Source: Octopus sinensis (taxonomy: Eukaryota). From it: DNA of 64,000 nucleotides. Shown here in pieces: positions 26,346 to 41,481 of this stretch (its first letter is position 1; each line of letters starts with the position of its first letter). The stretch lies in NCBI RefSeq assembly GCF_006345805.1, contig NC_043002.1, positions 60,078,001 to 60,142,000 on the forward strand, given 5' to 3'. The notes beneath the pieces are model-generated. The model was given only the letters and a program-made list of their open reading frames with translations. It was not told the origin of the DNA and searched no databases. A program made the translations under genes and the position numbers.

Positions 26346-26969
26346 GATGAGATACAACAATATTTTTAAAAAAATTAATAAATTTGTAAAAAGTTCTGTC
26401 CGTGTTGATTTTTCATATCATTGAATTTGAACATTTGATGGGAAGACCACATCGTAATAAACTCAGGTTAAGTATCACCGACAAGTTTCTCCCCCAATCC
26501 ATCTTTGTGGCTATAGAGAAATATTCTGTAGATTAAATCAGAAACGTGCGAAGTGATAGCTGCTTTGTATTATCACAACGAGCCGAAAGAATTTGATTGA
26601 TCTAAAATGATCGATATTACGTAAAACCACGTCGACATTAAATCTTCTTTTCTAAGATATTTTGAATAAATTAAATGATGTCCGACGCACGGGTTGTTGT
26701 TGTGGTTATTTCACATCGACGTTGTTTTAGGAAACACAATAAAAGGATATTCATCCTTGACCACCCCTCTATTCTAAAGCTATATTGTATCATTTCAGCT
26801 CATGTATATTTGTTTGCTTCAGGCGAGTGTTTCCCAACGATGATCACATGACCCTGGAAGTCGAAACAGGAATTTTGTTCTTAAAATTTATCTGCAATAA
26901 ATTCGTTAAAATACTACAATACAGAAAATATTTTAACATTTTTCATAAATTATTCATAATATTTAATTA

Positions 26970-27185
26970 TTGGGTTGGTGCATAATTATTGCACCTTTTT
27001 TTCAACAAATCTTATTTAACAAAAACAATATTTAACAAAAACATCTTTAAATGACGGTCTGCCCTTCTGCCAAGCAAATAGGAAGCAGTCATTGAAGTAG
27101 ATGGTGAATATGCTCCGGAATAATCATTATTTTTGTTGAATGAAATTTGTTGAAAAAGAGCCGCAATAATTATGCACCAACCCAA
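26970..27185 (+). mobile_element. Internally deleted mariner (Hsmar1/MADE1-like TIR)
   Basis: TIR ttgggttggtgcataattattgc and gcaataattatgcaccaacccaa; TA TSD; transposase C-terminal remnant EAVIEVDGEYAPE*. Confidence 0.85.
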
Positions 27186-27840
27186 TATAAACATATCGTA
27201 AGATGTTGTTTTTCTAAACACATAGAATAACTATGGAAGTCCGATAGTGTAAAACAGGAACTAAAAGTGTCCATAGTTTAAACAATGGTTATGAGCTACA
27301 GTTTTAGGTGATGGTTTCTGGTTTGAGAGTATTTAACTTTGCTTTTACATCTCAGACCACATAAACCCATAAAGTCGTCTAGTTTCATCTACATATCTCG
27401 AAGAATCATTAACGCCAGTCTCTTTCCTATCAGCTCATTCATTTCTCCTTACATAAAACACTCTGCATCATTATATCCAAAAACTAATAAAGGAAGAATT
27501 TTTTTTTTTTATATAATCATGAAAAGGATTCTGTCGTGCATTACTCGGGATTATATACTTACAGAGAGGATATATTTAAGATCCAGCGAATCGGTTGCAA
27601 GTAGAACGCTAATGGTTTTTTTTTTACAAATAACCAGTATGTCTTACAAATTTTTGTTTTTGTAGTTTTTGATCCGGTGTTGTGGTCTGGTTTCAAAGAG
27701 AATTGCATGTGTAATCTGCTTGACGAAATCCACGACGAAGGCCTATTTCTTGACACCAATGAATGCAATCATCATCATTAATCATCATCCTCATCGTCAA
27801 TATCGTCAACATCATTATCATCATCATCATCATCACCACC

Positions 27841-27871
<31 letters not shown>

Positions 27872-27877
27872 CTACCA

Positions 27878-28271
27878 CCAAGGATTAAGTCGATTATATC
27901 GACCCCAGTGCGTAACTGGTACTTACTTTATTCACCCCGAAAGGATGAGAGGCAAAGTCGACCAGGGCGGAATTTGAACTCAGAACGTAACGGCAGGCGA
28001 AATACCACTAAGCATCTCGCCCGGCGAGCTAACGTTTCTTATTTCTTTACTACCCACAAGGGGCTAAACATAGAGGGGACAAACAAGGACAGACAAAGGG
28101 ATTAAGTCAATTACACGACCCCAATGCGTAACTGGTACTTAATTTATCGACCCCGAAAGGATGAAAGGCAAAGTCGACCTCGGCGGAATTTGAACTCAGA
28201 ACGCAGCGACGGACGAAATACCACAAAGCATTTCGCCTGGCGTGCTAACGTTTCTGCCATTTCGCCGCCTC
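27878..28271 (-). mobile_element. SINE family A tandem dimer; further copies at 8758-8945, 13925-14137, 30186-30415, 36292-36515, 38130-38330, 38578-38777
   Basis: Reverse complement of the 2371-2820 units. Confidence 0.85.
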
Positions 28272-28517
28272 CGTCGCGGTAATGATATTTATTTCTTTAT
28301 TGCCCACCCTGGGTCTAACGATTCTGCCAGCATGCCGCCCTAATTGCTAAAGCTATTAGCTTCATATAAGGACATCTCACCATCTGTTTAACTTCACTAG
28401 CAGCAGGGTGAGCCAGACAAAAAAGAAGGCACTTAGGTTCTCGCATGGAATCTAAGCAAAATGTTGCAGAAGTGTATGTAAAGAAAAGGATATATATAGG
28501 TAGTATTAATACATGAG

Positions 28518-28763
28518 ATGGAGTCGTGTGGCGTTGTGGTTAGGGTATTAGATTCATGATCGTAAGATTGTGGTTTCGATTCCTGGACCGGGTGATGCGT
28601 TGTTCTTGAACATAACACTTAATTTCACGTAGTTCCAGTCAACTCAGCTGGCGAAAATGAGTAATTCTGCGACGGATCGGCGTCCCGTCCAGGAGGGCAA
28701 TTTCTCTGCCACTGAAACCGAGAAACCGGCCCTTATGAACCTGGAAGGGGTCGAAAAGAAAAC

Positions 28764-28765
<2 letters not shown>
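28518..28765 (+). mobile_element. tRNA-headed CORE-like SINE followed by (TTC)n
   Basis: gtggcgttgtggttagg...gtttcgattcc head; gttcttgaacataacactt...tcagctg core. Confidence 0.7.
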
Positions 28766-28794
<29 letters not shown>

Positions 28795-29118
28795 CTTCTT
28801 CTTCTTCTTCTTCTTCTTCTTCTTCTTCTTCTTCTTCTTTTTTCTTCTTCTTCTTCTTCTTCTTCTTCTTCTTCTTCTTCTTCTTTCTTCTTCTTCTTCT
28901 TCTTCTTCTTCTTCTTCTTCTTCTTCTTCTTCTTCTTCTTCTTCTTCTTTTTCTTCATCATCATCATCGTCATCATCATCATCTTCTTCTTCCTTGCCTT
29001 CCTGCCTCCCTCCCTCCGTTTCCTCTACTCTACACTTACCTCTTTTCTTGTGACATTTCTCATTCCATCTCCCATTATTATTGTAACGGCCGGTCATTAT
29101 CACCTTGCGCCTGAAATT
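28766..29118. repeat. (TTC)n(ATC)n plus about 145-bp cassette, duplicated at 35255-35565
   Basis: cttgcc...acttacctcttttc...ccttgcgcctgaaatt nearly identical in both places. Confidence 0.9.
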
Positions 29119-30416
29119 GAAAGAAATTGGTCACTCTGGTATATGTAGATTATTGCTTGGAATCAGTACCGGCCGATATAGATATCGAGATAGGCGAGGG
29201 ACTCACCCGTCGAGGACAACGAGAGTGTGTTCAGTTTTTACCGAAAGACCTGCGCATAGTGATCACTTGTTCATAGTGATCAACTCTGGGTACTCTACAT
29301 TAGTTCGCTCCCTCCATCAAGTCGACGCTACCCGAACAGGTGCACGGAGTACCACGGTTTTGGTGCCGATTGCGTCGACCCCAGCATTCAACTGAAAGGA
29401 CTTATTCTTTTATATGTTTCAGGTATTTCACTGCGACCATGCTGAAGCACTACACATAGTCGAACAAATCGAACCTAGTACTTGTTCTGTCGGGGTCTTT
29501 GGCCGAACCGCTAAGTTGCGGGGTTGTTAACATACCAACATCGGTTGTCAAGTGATGGCGGGAGGACACACAAACGCACACACACACACAATCACTCTCA
29601 CACACATTTATACGACGGTTTTCTTTCAGTTTCCGTATACCAAATTCACTCACAAGACTTTGGGCAGCTCGAGGATATAGTAGAAGACAGTTGTCCAAGG
29701 TGCCCCGCAGTGGGACTGAACGCGGAAGCATGTGGTTGGTAAGGAAACTACTTACCCCACAGTCACTCATGTGCCTATATGGAAGGAAAAATCGACCCAG
29801 AGTGGCTGCAGTCAAAACAATGAAACAAGTAAAACAGTACAAATAAAATATTGTGTGAAACACCGTAGCCACGATAACACATACCTTCACGGAAGAAGGC
29901 GTTACACTTTCTTTGATAGGAAGTTGCTGTGACCGGAATGCTATGTATGAAGTCGCTTTTCATTGGTTAATGTTTGTTTACGTCAGCACATATATTGTAA
30001 ATAGCTGACATACTATATTCTGTTGCATTTTAGATAGAGCTGACTAACATTTATCAACACCCCCGCCACACTCGCTTACATTTTCTCATGTATTCTAATA
30101 CATACATATGCACAACACACATACACACACACACACACTTATGTATACATACATATATAATATATATATATATATATAGATATATATATTTCTTTATTGT
30201 CCATAAGGGGCTAAACATAGAGGGGACAAACAAGAACAGACAAAGGGATAAAGTCGATTACATGACCCCAGTGAGAAACTGGTACTCTATTTATCGACCC
30301 CGAAGGGATGAAAGGCAAAGTCGACCTCGGCAAATTTGAACTCAGAACGTAACGGTAGACGAAATACGGCTTCGCATTTAGCCCGGTGTGCTAACGCTTC
30401 TGCCAGCTCTCCGCCT

Positions 30417-30447
<31 letters not shown>

Positions 30448-30559
30448 TGCCAGTATACTGTGTGAAGAGCAGTTTAATTTATCTTTTGAAGAGCCTTCGA
30501 TTATTGTCTTGTGTATATGCATAATGTTTTAATATATACATACACATACAGATTAACAC

Positions 30560-30920
<361 letters not shown>

Positions 30921-31857
30921 GATATATTTGACTGTATGCTTTTGAATGAGCAGCAGTTTAATTTATTTTTCGAAGAGCTTTTGAGTGCTAGCTTGTAATT
31001 GTGTGTACCTGTCTGAAAAGAAACAAAAACAAAAAAGAAAAAAAAAACAAGTTGATACCTGCCGGGTAATTTGTATGACGTATTATAGCCACATTAACAT
31101 TCAATATAGAGAATGATATTAATTGGACATCAAAATAATTGATTAAAAAACAAGAAATGATGTGGAGATCTCTAACTTAATTGATTGGAGTGTGTGAGTG
31201 TGTAACAACTAGACAGTCAAGAACAGTTATGAAAAGCACAAAAATATACACCCAACAAAAATATAACAAGTCATATCTTTGGCAAAATAAAGGAAACTTT
31301 ACGGAAAGACAGATAACAGCTAACGAATTTCTTCAGCAATATTGACAATAAAATATTCTACAAAAACAAAAAAAAAAAAAAAATGAAATTGCAGTAACGC
31401 CTTTGTCTGTTTATTGCTCGTTGTTTGATATTATTCCATGCACTACAACATTTAACAACAGAAATTCTTCAAATGTAATGATGCACATTTATTAATTCGG
31501 AAATATTTTTCTTGCTGTTTTTCTCACTGTTTATTTTGGAAGGTACACGGTTCATTTTGGAAGGGAAAATATGGAGTTGTGAGACTTTCATCCATTTCTC
31601 ATTATGGTATTTACGTATATGAAGTGAAATTTCAATAAATACGTTTTTCTGGCAAAACATTCACCCAGGTGTAGAATGTTTCATTAACCTACATATAAAA
31701 AGGAAAATAAAAGCAAAATTTAGCGCGCTCGCAAAGTTGGTCCTCCTAAAAGACTGATGGTCGTTACAAGTATATATATATACAAAAAATTCAAAGTGAA
31801 AATTAAGGTTATGTTCGCGCTTTTAGACATTATATATATAGATATATATATATAGAT

Positions 31858-31889
<32 letters not shown>

Positions 31890-32059
31890 AAATATATATA
31901 TATATATTATATATATATATATATATATATTTATATTATATAATTATATAATATATATATATAGTTAATCCAAACAAGAAAGCACAAAAAAAAAACAAAG
32001 CGAGGACGTGGAACAAATATAGTATTATTGGACGCTCAGGAAAGAAGGAAAGAAGGAGG

Positions 32060-32094
32060 GTTTAACGTTTCGAGCGGAGCTCTTCGTCGGAAAC
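32060..32094 (-). ncRNA. Minimal hammerhead-like motif
   Basis: gttt-CCGACGA-a-gagc/gctc-GAA-ACGT-T-aaac. Confidence 0.5.
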
Positions 32095-32185
32095 ATAGGA
32101 GAAGGAAAGATCCAGAGAAGGGAAGACAGATATATGTATATATAAACCCTTGTGATTTGTTAGACGGAAACTGACAGATGTCCAT

Positions 32186-33119
32186 GCATCTACAATTTCC
32201 ACACTATTGCACCGGTCTGGTCTGCAAAGGAAAGTAGCTAGGAAAACGCCCCTTCTGAAGCCTATACACAAGCAAGCTAGGCTAAACTTTGCCAAAAGTC
32301 ACATTAATGATTACATGATCATGTGGCGAAAGGTTTAGTGGTCAGATGTGACCAAAGTCAAGTTATTTGAAAAAAATACGAAACGCTACGTTTCGAGGAA
32401 AAATGCACTGCTCACCATCCTCGTTACAGCGTCTCCACTGTTAAGCACGGCGGTGGCTCGACCATGCTTTGGGGCTGTTTTTGTAGGGCCCGGAGAGATG
32501 GTAACCATCTAAGGTACGAAGGACAGTGTCAAGTTCCAAGAAATATTGGAGGCAAACCTGCTGAAGTCTGCTAGAGCTCTGCGCTTGGATCGCAATTTCA
32601 AGTTTCAACAAGATAACGACCCCAAGCATGTGTCAAAAAGCACTGAAGCTTGTTTGCTAGCAAAAGAATCACAGTTTTGGAGTGGCCCAGCCAGTCTACA
32701 GACCTCAATCCTATAGAAAATCTATGGCGAGATCTAAAGCTGGCTGTGCACCGAGGTTCTCCATCCAGCACAGCTCAAGAAGTTCTGCCATGAAGAATGG
32801 CGAAAACTGTTAGTAGACCACTGCAGCAAGCTCCTGGAAGGCTACCCGAGATGTCTGCAGGCTGTAATTGACTCAGCAGAATCATCCACAAAGTAATAGC
32901 TGAAGACATTCCAAAGTGTATGTAGACATTTTTCAAAATTATCTTTGTTTAAGAATCAGTTTTAAGGATTTCAAATGTATTTTGTGTATTGAATAAAAGC
33001 GTGATAGATCTGCTTATTAAAGCAAATTATTGGAGTTTAAAATATTAATTGTTCCTATCAAAATAAACAAAATACATCCAGTTTCCAAGGCGGGGTGTAG
33101 ACTTTTGCAAGGCACTGTA
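32186..33119 (+). mobile_element. Tc1-like DNA transposon, 3-prime two thirds, decayed
   Basis: [39 protein letters not shown] across frameshifts; stop at 32894-32896; TIR end acttttgcaaggcactg followed by TA. Confidence 0.9.
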
Positions 33120-33124
33120 CCTTC

Positions 33125-33915
33125 TACGTATATTTCCTATTTAGTACTGGAAAAGTTTCATTTATGAGGGAGTACTCCTGTATTTATCTGAGTGTTGGGT
33201 CCTTCGGGTGCTTGGATAAAATGTGGATGACAAGTTGACCCGGTGTGCCTCCATGCTGGTCTTTGGCATGCTGGTAGTGTATGGAGGACTGTTTTTCTCG
33301 TATTATTGTTTCAAACGTACATTTAGCCTCTCAGCAATGCTTCTAGATGTTTCGCCTGGTATATCATGTTTTTGTCTTTACAAGTATTTTCTATACGCTT
33401 CATGCTGTAAACTACATTTCTAGTTCTACAGTTGATGCCAGGCTTAATCTTACATACTATGCAGTTATCATTGGTGTATGTGGTATATACAAATGGGTAC
33501 GACCTGCTTAGTTGTGATCTGATGGAGCTCCCTGGCATTTCAACGGTTTTAATGTTGAGTTTGGCCTCCTTCAGAGCTTTCCTAAATCTTAGGGCTAGTT
33601 CTCCTTGGGTTGTGGCCTTTACAGATATCACTCCTTGATATTTGTCGGGTTTGTACCACGTATTCACACTGTTTGCTTTGAAAAAGTCTTTGCACCCTAG
33701 TCCATTCCTTACTTCTATATCTAGGGTAGGCGCTACTGGTTTCATTATACATAATGCTATCTAACTTCTTTTTATCTCCCTTGTAAACTCGAACCCTATC
33801 TTTCTGATCATATCCAGACAACTGCATACGGTGCATAAAGTTCTGTACATGTTTCTTTGTCTCATAGAGTTTGCATAGTGGGGACACGTTGTTCATTATC
33901 TGTTGTGGAGATCGC
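33125..33915 (-). mobile_element. Penelope-like element remnant (RT thumb, linker, GIY-YIG)
   Basis: QLSGY...YRSKEW; GELALRFRKA; C..C......NCRTRNVVY; ETSRS; frameshifted. Confidence 0.75.
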
Positions 33916-34778
33916 TAGCCAATAGATCTCAAAGTTCTGTAACTCTGTGCGTGTGTGTAGGTAAATGTAGATGTAAGTAAACACATAGATAAATAGATAG
34001 ATAAGTAAATATGTAATGCGAACAGACATGCACACATACACACATACACACATACATACACAAATGCAGACTGATTCACATGACCTTGTACGCACAGACA
34101 CACTTCGCAAACACACGCAAGGACACATATGGACACACACATCCATAGTCGCAAAAATCCATACATATTGACACACTCAAATATGCATACACAAGCAGAC
34201 AGAGATACATACATACATACAAACGTACACACGCGCATACACATACGCGCACACACAGACACACATATATATATATGCACACATACGTACGTACATAGAT
34301 ACATACATGTATGCATGCACATGCTTACTGAAGCACACGCATGCGCACAAAACAAACAAGCAAAAGAACGTAGCTCTGATAACGTACAGAGTCAATGACT
34401 ACTGAAAAGGTTGCAAGACGCAACGAAAATTTTACTGAAAAAAAAAAGAAAGTAAATGAGTGGAAATCGAACCGGTGAGTGTGGTGAGTAATAAGGCACT
34501 AAAAGAGAATGTCTCTCCACAGACACAATAAAATATGCTTCAACACACGAATTCACATAAGGAATCTCGCAAGCCAAATACGAAGTTTGTATGTAAAGTT
34601 TGACAGTAAAAGGCAGTTAACACCTATTTCTAAATTCGGTGAGTGGCGAAGCAATTATGGTTATAATTATTGAATATTTGTATATTTAAGAAAAAATATT
34701 TTTACAAAATTGTCCGACGAACGGGAACGTGAAACTCTGAGTACAGCCTTTGTTATATTTCTGCTGCTTTTAAATAAA

Positions 34779-34835
<57 letters not shown>

Positions 34836-35338
34836 TTCACACACACACACATATATGTATATATACATGGCTGTGTGTGTGTGTGTATGTAAATATGTAT
34901 GAATGTATGCAGACACACGTGTGCACATATTTTTGTCTTGTAGTATGGTGACGAACGAAGAATCACTCGTATACTTCCCTTACCATTACGACAATGGAAA
35001 CCTAATTCTCATGGAAACCTTCTAATTTCATTAGTTGCTAACCTGCTTCGTTTTATAACAAACGTCGTTTGCTTGGAATCCTTTAAGGAGAAGATGACCA
35101 ACCGTTGCTTTGGCTTGTTAATGTTGTAAATCGCAACTTTATCTGCTTCTACTTTAACAATTTCGATTTCTCATAAGACATACATACGCAGTATTTCACT
35201 CCGGCTCTCTGTTCCTTCAATTGTCCTTTCCATACGCACCTCTTTTTTCCTGTTTCTTCTTCTTCTTCTTCTTCTTCTTCTTCTTCTTCTTCTTCTTCTT
35301 CTTCTTCTTCTTCTTCTTCTTCTTCTTCTTCTTCTTCT

Positions 35339-35385
<47 letters not shown>

Positions 35386-38300
35386 TTCATCATCATCATC
35401 ATCATCATTATCATCATCATCACCATCATCATCTTCTTCCTTGCCTCCCTGCCTCCCTCCCTCCGTTTCCTCTACTCTACACTTACCTCTTTTCTTGTGA
35501 CATTTCTCATTCCATCTCCCATTATTATTGTAACGGCCGCTCATTATCACCTTGCGCCTGAAATTACGACCTACCAACGCAAGGAACGGCCATTAAGAAT
35601 CATCTTGTATAAGAGTTTCTAATTAATCGAAAGTAAAGGCGTTGTTAAGCATTTTACATTGCTGACCTTTGTACCCAACCATCCACCCATCATCTCGTCC
35701 ACTCTTCAAAACATCCGTTCAATTGTCCATTTATCCACCTATCCGTCCATCAATCCACGCATCGGTTACAATAACTGAGAAGAAATTTATACCGTCAAAT
35801 CGAAGCATTTGAAAACGTATTTGATGGCGTTAGTGGCAATGGTGGTATTTGGCCAGTGTTGCAGCTGACACTGTTGTTGTAGTTGCTTTTTTTTTTTGTT
35901 ATTGTGGTCGTAATGGTAATATTGGTTGGCCGTAGGAGTAATGAAGAGACTTGTGTGGCCATGTAATTCTCGTTGCCATTGTTATAATTGAAGTTCTTGG
36001 CAGGTATTCGTCAGACAATTGTTGCAGCGCCTTCTTCGTTGACGTTTGTGATGGTTGTGATGGTTATTGGAGTTATGGCGACATTCATAAGCAGTCTTCT
36101 TTTTGTTGTTATATTCGCACGCTACCGCTGTTGTTGCTGATATTTACATTTAGTTATAATTGATTGTAGTGGAGACGCATATGTTAGTGCTTAGGGTTTT
36201 CATCGTAAGATAGCGGTTTCACTTCCCGGAGAAAGCTATGTGTTATGTTCTTCAGCAAAGCACTTCGTTTCACGTTGGTCCATTCACGCATTTATTTCTT
36301 TATTGCCCACAAGGGGCCAAACATTGAGGGGACAAACAAGACAGACATAGGGATTAAGCCGATTACATCGACCCCAGTGCATAACTGGTACTTAATTTAT
36401 CGACCCCGAAAGGATGAAAAGCAAAGTCGACCTCGGCAGAATTTGAACTCAGAACGCAGCGGCGGACGAAATATCACAAATTATTTCGCCCGGCGTACTA
36501 ACGTTTCTGCCAGCTCGTCCATTCACTCACTTGGCAAACCATCAGTAATTTCTGCGATGGGCAGTCGCCAAGTCGAGGTGTTGACGGTAGTTAGTGATGT
36601 TGCTGTTAAGCATGGAGAATTGTTGTCGGGGGTGATGATCATATTTGGCCTCATATTATTTAACTGAAAACTAAATGCAAGGAATTTCCAAATAACCACG
36701 ATGGGAAACTAAATCAATTAGAGAGGAGCAAAACATTGTGTACTCGAATTTTGAAATGCGCCTGTCTTTGCACATGGGATTAGGTGTATATGCAAGCATG
36801 TATGTATGTACGTATGTATGCAGGTATGTGTGTATGTATATATGGATTCGTGTTAGTGAGTATAGTGGCAATAAATGTGTTTTTTCAATATTAAGTACTT
36901 GAATGGTGGGTATATACATTAAGACATATAGATATATGTAAATACTCACACACACACACACGTATATATATCTATCTATCTATATATATATATATATATG
37001 CGTGTGTGTGTGTGTGTGTGTATGTATGTGTAATGTCATACATTCGTACTTATGTGCTTTTATATAAATGTGCGTATGAATGTGTGTGTATGCATACTTG
37101 TATGCATGTATGTTATATATATGTATGTATATATGTATATTTGTGTGTAGCCACATATATGCATATGTATGGATGTACGTATTTATACGCACGTATGAAT
37201 ACGCATACACACAGAAGCGTATATATGTTTATATATATGTATGTATGTGTGTGTGTGTGTTTCTATATGTGTGTGTGTGTGTATATGCGTATGTATATCC
37301 CTGTCCTTATGTATGTATGTATGTATGTGGAATGTGCTGGAGGGGGATGTGTGAAAGCGAGATGGCTATCCCTCAGAGCTTAAAAGCAATACGCTTTCTG
37401 CTAGTAATTTAACACTTTCCTCTATCCACAATGACAAAATTAGTGACAAGGAGTGTTTTGAGTAATAGAGGTGAAGTTTGGGTTGTTAACGGTACAATTT
37501 GAACGAGGTAGATGACAGTTTTAGGACCGTTATTATCACTAATACGTCAAATGCTGTTCGTAACGGACGGCCAATGGACACTTAACGACCAAATTCTTAA
37601 ATCCGTACGTGACTACCAATAAGATAAATTAATAAACTTGCGGAAGCATACAAGCATATAGGCACACAAACTCAAATACAGATGCTTGTGGGGTGCTATA
37701 TCTGTGGAGTGGGAGAAGAGAGAAAGAGAGAGAAAGAGAAGGAGAGGGGGAAAGAGAGGGAGACAGAGAGGGGAGAGAGGAGAGCATGAGACCAGGAAAG
37801 AAAGAGACATTATCAGAGAATGAAATCATAGAAGAGATAGAATTTGAGAAAGGTTGAGAGAAAGAGAGATGGACCGATAGTGAACTCAAAGGAGAGACGG
37901 ACGCAATTAGAAAGAGGGCGCGAGAGAGAGAGACAATGCGTCCAGAAGAGGAAGAACTGCATTTTTTACAGACAATAAGAAGGGAGAAAGAGAGGGAGGG
38001 TACAAAGTACAATAACGGGAGACCGAGATTGTTTACTAGATTTTATCGACTTTCTAAATTATTTAATTTCCTTTCCTCTTCTTATCTGCAATATTTAGCT
38101 TACTGTAAGGAGGCGATCAGGCAAAACCGTTAGCGCGCCGAGCAAGCTGTTTAACTGCATTTTATCTGTCTTTATCTTCCCAGTTCAAATTCCACGGAAG
38201 GGGAACCTTGCCATTCATCCGTTCGGCGTCGATAAAATAAATACCAGCTGAACACTGGGGTCAATGTACCCAACTTAGCCCCTTCCCTAGAATTGCTGGT

Positions 38301-38992
38301 CTTGTGTCAAAATTTAAAACGGGATATTTAGCTATCGCAAGGCGGACAGCTGTCAAAAAACTTTACACGTCAGGCAAAATGCCTAACAGCATTTCATCCA
38401 TTTTTATTTTCGGCTGAAATCAACGTTATATTTTATCCTTTTTAGGTCGATAAGACAAGAACCAGCTAAGAACTGGCCCCGATAAAATCGATTTGTGCCA
38501 TTTAGGTATTGTAAATAGCTCCGACTGTCACAAGTTCCATCAGGGTTTTCCGAGAAGGAAAAAAAAAGACGCACTCACCCGAGCTGGTAGAATCGTTCGT
38601 GAGACTGACAAAATGTAAAAGGGCATTTCTTCGTGTGTTCAGATTCCGTAGACGTTGACTTTGTCTCTCATCTTTTCGAGGTCGATAAAATGTGTAGCAA
38701 TCGAGTATTGGGGTCGAGGCAATCGACCAAACCTTTCCCTCCAAAATTTCTAGTCTTGTGCCTATTGTAGAAAGAATTTATGTCGAGCAATCTCTCTCAT
38801 TCTTCGCCCCCATTCTGTGTTGTGTTGCTATTCATCTCTCTACGTATTTAACTCCGTCTTATAAAACTCCATCCCTCGGGGTATAAATTTCTTGGTTTGT
38901 TCGGGAACGTGTGTGCATAAATGGCGTCTGCACTATTTTGGATGTTTTAAAACAGACAATTGCTTCCAGATTAAGCAAAACCAAAGGAGAGA

Positions 38993-39140
38993 GAGAGAGG
39001 GCGGTGAGAGAGATGAGAGAGGGCGGTGAGAGAGATGAGAGAGGGCGGTGAGAGAGATGAGAGAGGGCGGTGAGAGAGATGAGAGAGGGCGGTGAGAGAG
39101 ATGAGAGAGGGCGGTGAGAGAGATGAGAGAGGGCGAGAGG
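38993..39140. repeat. 22-bp minisatellite gagagagggcggtgagagagat, about 6.5 copies
   Basis: gcggtg recurs at 39001, 39023, 39045, 39067, 39089, 39111. Confidence 0.95.
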
Positions 39141-39363
39141 AAGATGTTGAATGTAAAGAGAGTACCGAAGTCTGTTTTGTTTGTCGACCCTGATGGGATT
39201 ATATTCGAATTCACCAATGCTAAATGTGAACGCACAGAGCGGATAATCGAACAGAGTTAATTCTCTCCGATGGTCTAACGCTGCGGTCAATCGATGAATT
39301 GCTTTACACACACAGACACACACACACGCGCACGCATTCACACACACACATAACACGCATTAT

Positions 39364-39433
<70 letters not shown>

Positions 39434-39677
39434 GTGTGTGTGTGTTAATCTATGTGCATGCGTGTGTATATGTATGCGTGTGTTTGTGAAGGCGCATGGC
39501 TCAGTGGTTAGAGCGTCGAGCTTACGATCAGGAGGTTGAGATTTCGATTCTCGGACCGGGCTGCCTGTTGTGTTCTTGAGCAAGACACTTTATTTCACGT
39601 TGGTCCAGTTATCTCAGCTGTAGAAATGAGTTGCAACATCACTGGTGCCTTTTGTTATTATATATATATATAAATAT

Positions 39678-39729
<52 letters not shown>

Positions 39730-40840
39730 TGTTTGTATGTATGTATGTATGTATGTATGTATGTATGTATGTATGTATGTATCTGTACTTCTATACATAT
39801 TTTCATACAGAGATTTGAAATCAACGTATCAAAGGATTTGAAATGCATTCTGGTCAAAAGCACAAAGCAATAGTCGTATATCTTGTCGATATCCACCTTT
39901 AAATCCCCAACTGCATTCTCTCATAGCAGAGATATTAACGTTACTTGAGTCAAATGTTAACATTACTCTACTGTTCTTTCCCCATGTTTCCGATATATTA
40001 TTGCTATACATGTATCAACGGCCATATCTGTTTTACTCCGTACGTCTGTATCGTATTTATACGAAGGAGTTACTGGGGGTTAATCGAAGGTTCCCACTCT
40101 ATCACATATCTTGATATGATTACTCACTGTATCTCGTTTACCACTCCACATACATCGGCATTTAATGTCGGAGATAAACAGCCCTTACCTTTTTAAACAG
40201 TAGTAAATACATGCTTTGTTTGTTATTGAAGTGAACTGCTTTTATATATGTTCCAGTATTGATCTACATGATCGCAAGCATGCATACACATAGGCGCAAA
40301 AGTAAGTTCACGCACACTCGGCATCTTCAAGTCTTGTTGTCGATTTTAAATGAGAATTCATTTGGTTTAGAATGAAGTATAATGGAAATGCCACATCCTT
40401 TTCCAAATATATCTGTTGCTGAAAGGACGGAGTAAAATAAACTTTCGGAAAATAATGATTATTGCTTTAATGTAAATCAAATGTACACAATCTCCGCACA
40501 AGCAGCTAAGAAGACTTTGCCACTGAGAATCTCAACGTTATCCGAGAATCTAACATTGTTATAAGTGTTGTTTCGCATAAGTGTAACCAAACAGTAAGTC
40601 GCACAAAAAACCGAGGTAAAACGTGAGTTAAACTTTTATGTTTGCAATCAGCAGACGTAGGGGCATCTAGACTCTTCCAGAAATACTGAAATACTGCACG
40701 TTTTGCGCAAATATATATCACCAACGGCGTTTGGTTGTAGAACATACGTGGAAATAAATGTCACCCTATTAGTCATCAGCGGATTACACACATGTATACA
40801 TATATGTACGCACACACACAGACGCACACACACACACACA

Positions 40841-40900
<60 letters not shown>

Positions 40901-41035
40901 AATGGAAAGTTTACGAAGGTAAACAAAAGACGAAGACAGGTGGTGTACAAACAAACAAATGTATTAGTATATGATCTACATGATTGCAAGCATATATATA
41001 CATATATGATTGCAAATATACATATATTATATATT

Positions 41036-41066
<31 letters not shown>

Positions 41067-41068
41067 GA

Positions 41069-41108
<40 letters not shown>

Positions 41109-41123
41109 AAATATAAATATACA

Positions 41124-41174
<51 letters not shown>

Positions 41175-41177
<3 letters not shown>

Positions 41178-41481
41178 TGCTAAGACCCTCTTCGGTCATG
41201 ACTGACCATGGGATTGCACCCAGAAAGTTACCCTCCAGACACAAGTCAAGGCAAGGTTGTTTATGCAGTCGCCTATGCATACCGGCCTCCTCTCTCCACG
41301 CCACCAGTGGGACCGTTACACAAGAGACGTGGCAACTCATTTCTACAACTGAGTAAACTGGAGCAACGTGAAAATAAAGGGTCTTGCTCAAGAACACAAC
41401 ACCCAGACCGGTCCGGGATTCGAACTCACAACCTCTCGATCGTAAGTTCGACGCTCTAACGACTGAGCCATGCGCCTTCAC
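41175..41481 (-). mobile_element. Near full-length CORE-like SINE family C; partial copies at 39488-39650 and 43517-43688 on +
   Basis: tRNA-like head gaaggcgcatggctcagt.gttagagcgtcg...gttcga; gtgttcttgagcaagac core. Confidence 0.85.

Noticed and set aside
34711-34747. Hammerhead-like CCGACGA-acg(ggaa)cgt-GAAACTCTGAGTA; similar traces near 26830, 42380, 43210, 43850, 45210, 57945
   Set aside because: Helix I or core residues are missing; probably decayed PLE termini, so not listed as ribozymes.
38993-39140. CRISPR-like regular repeat
   Set aside because: No spacers; it is a simple 22-bp eukaryotic minisatellite.
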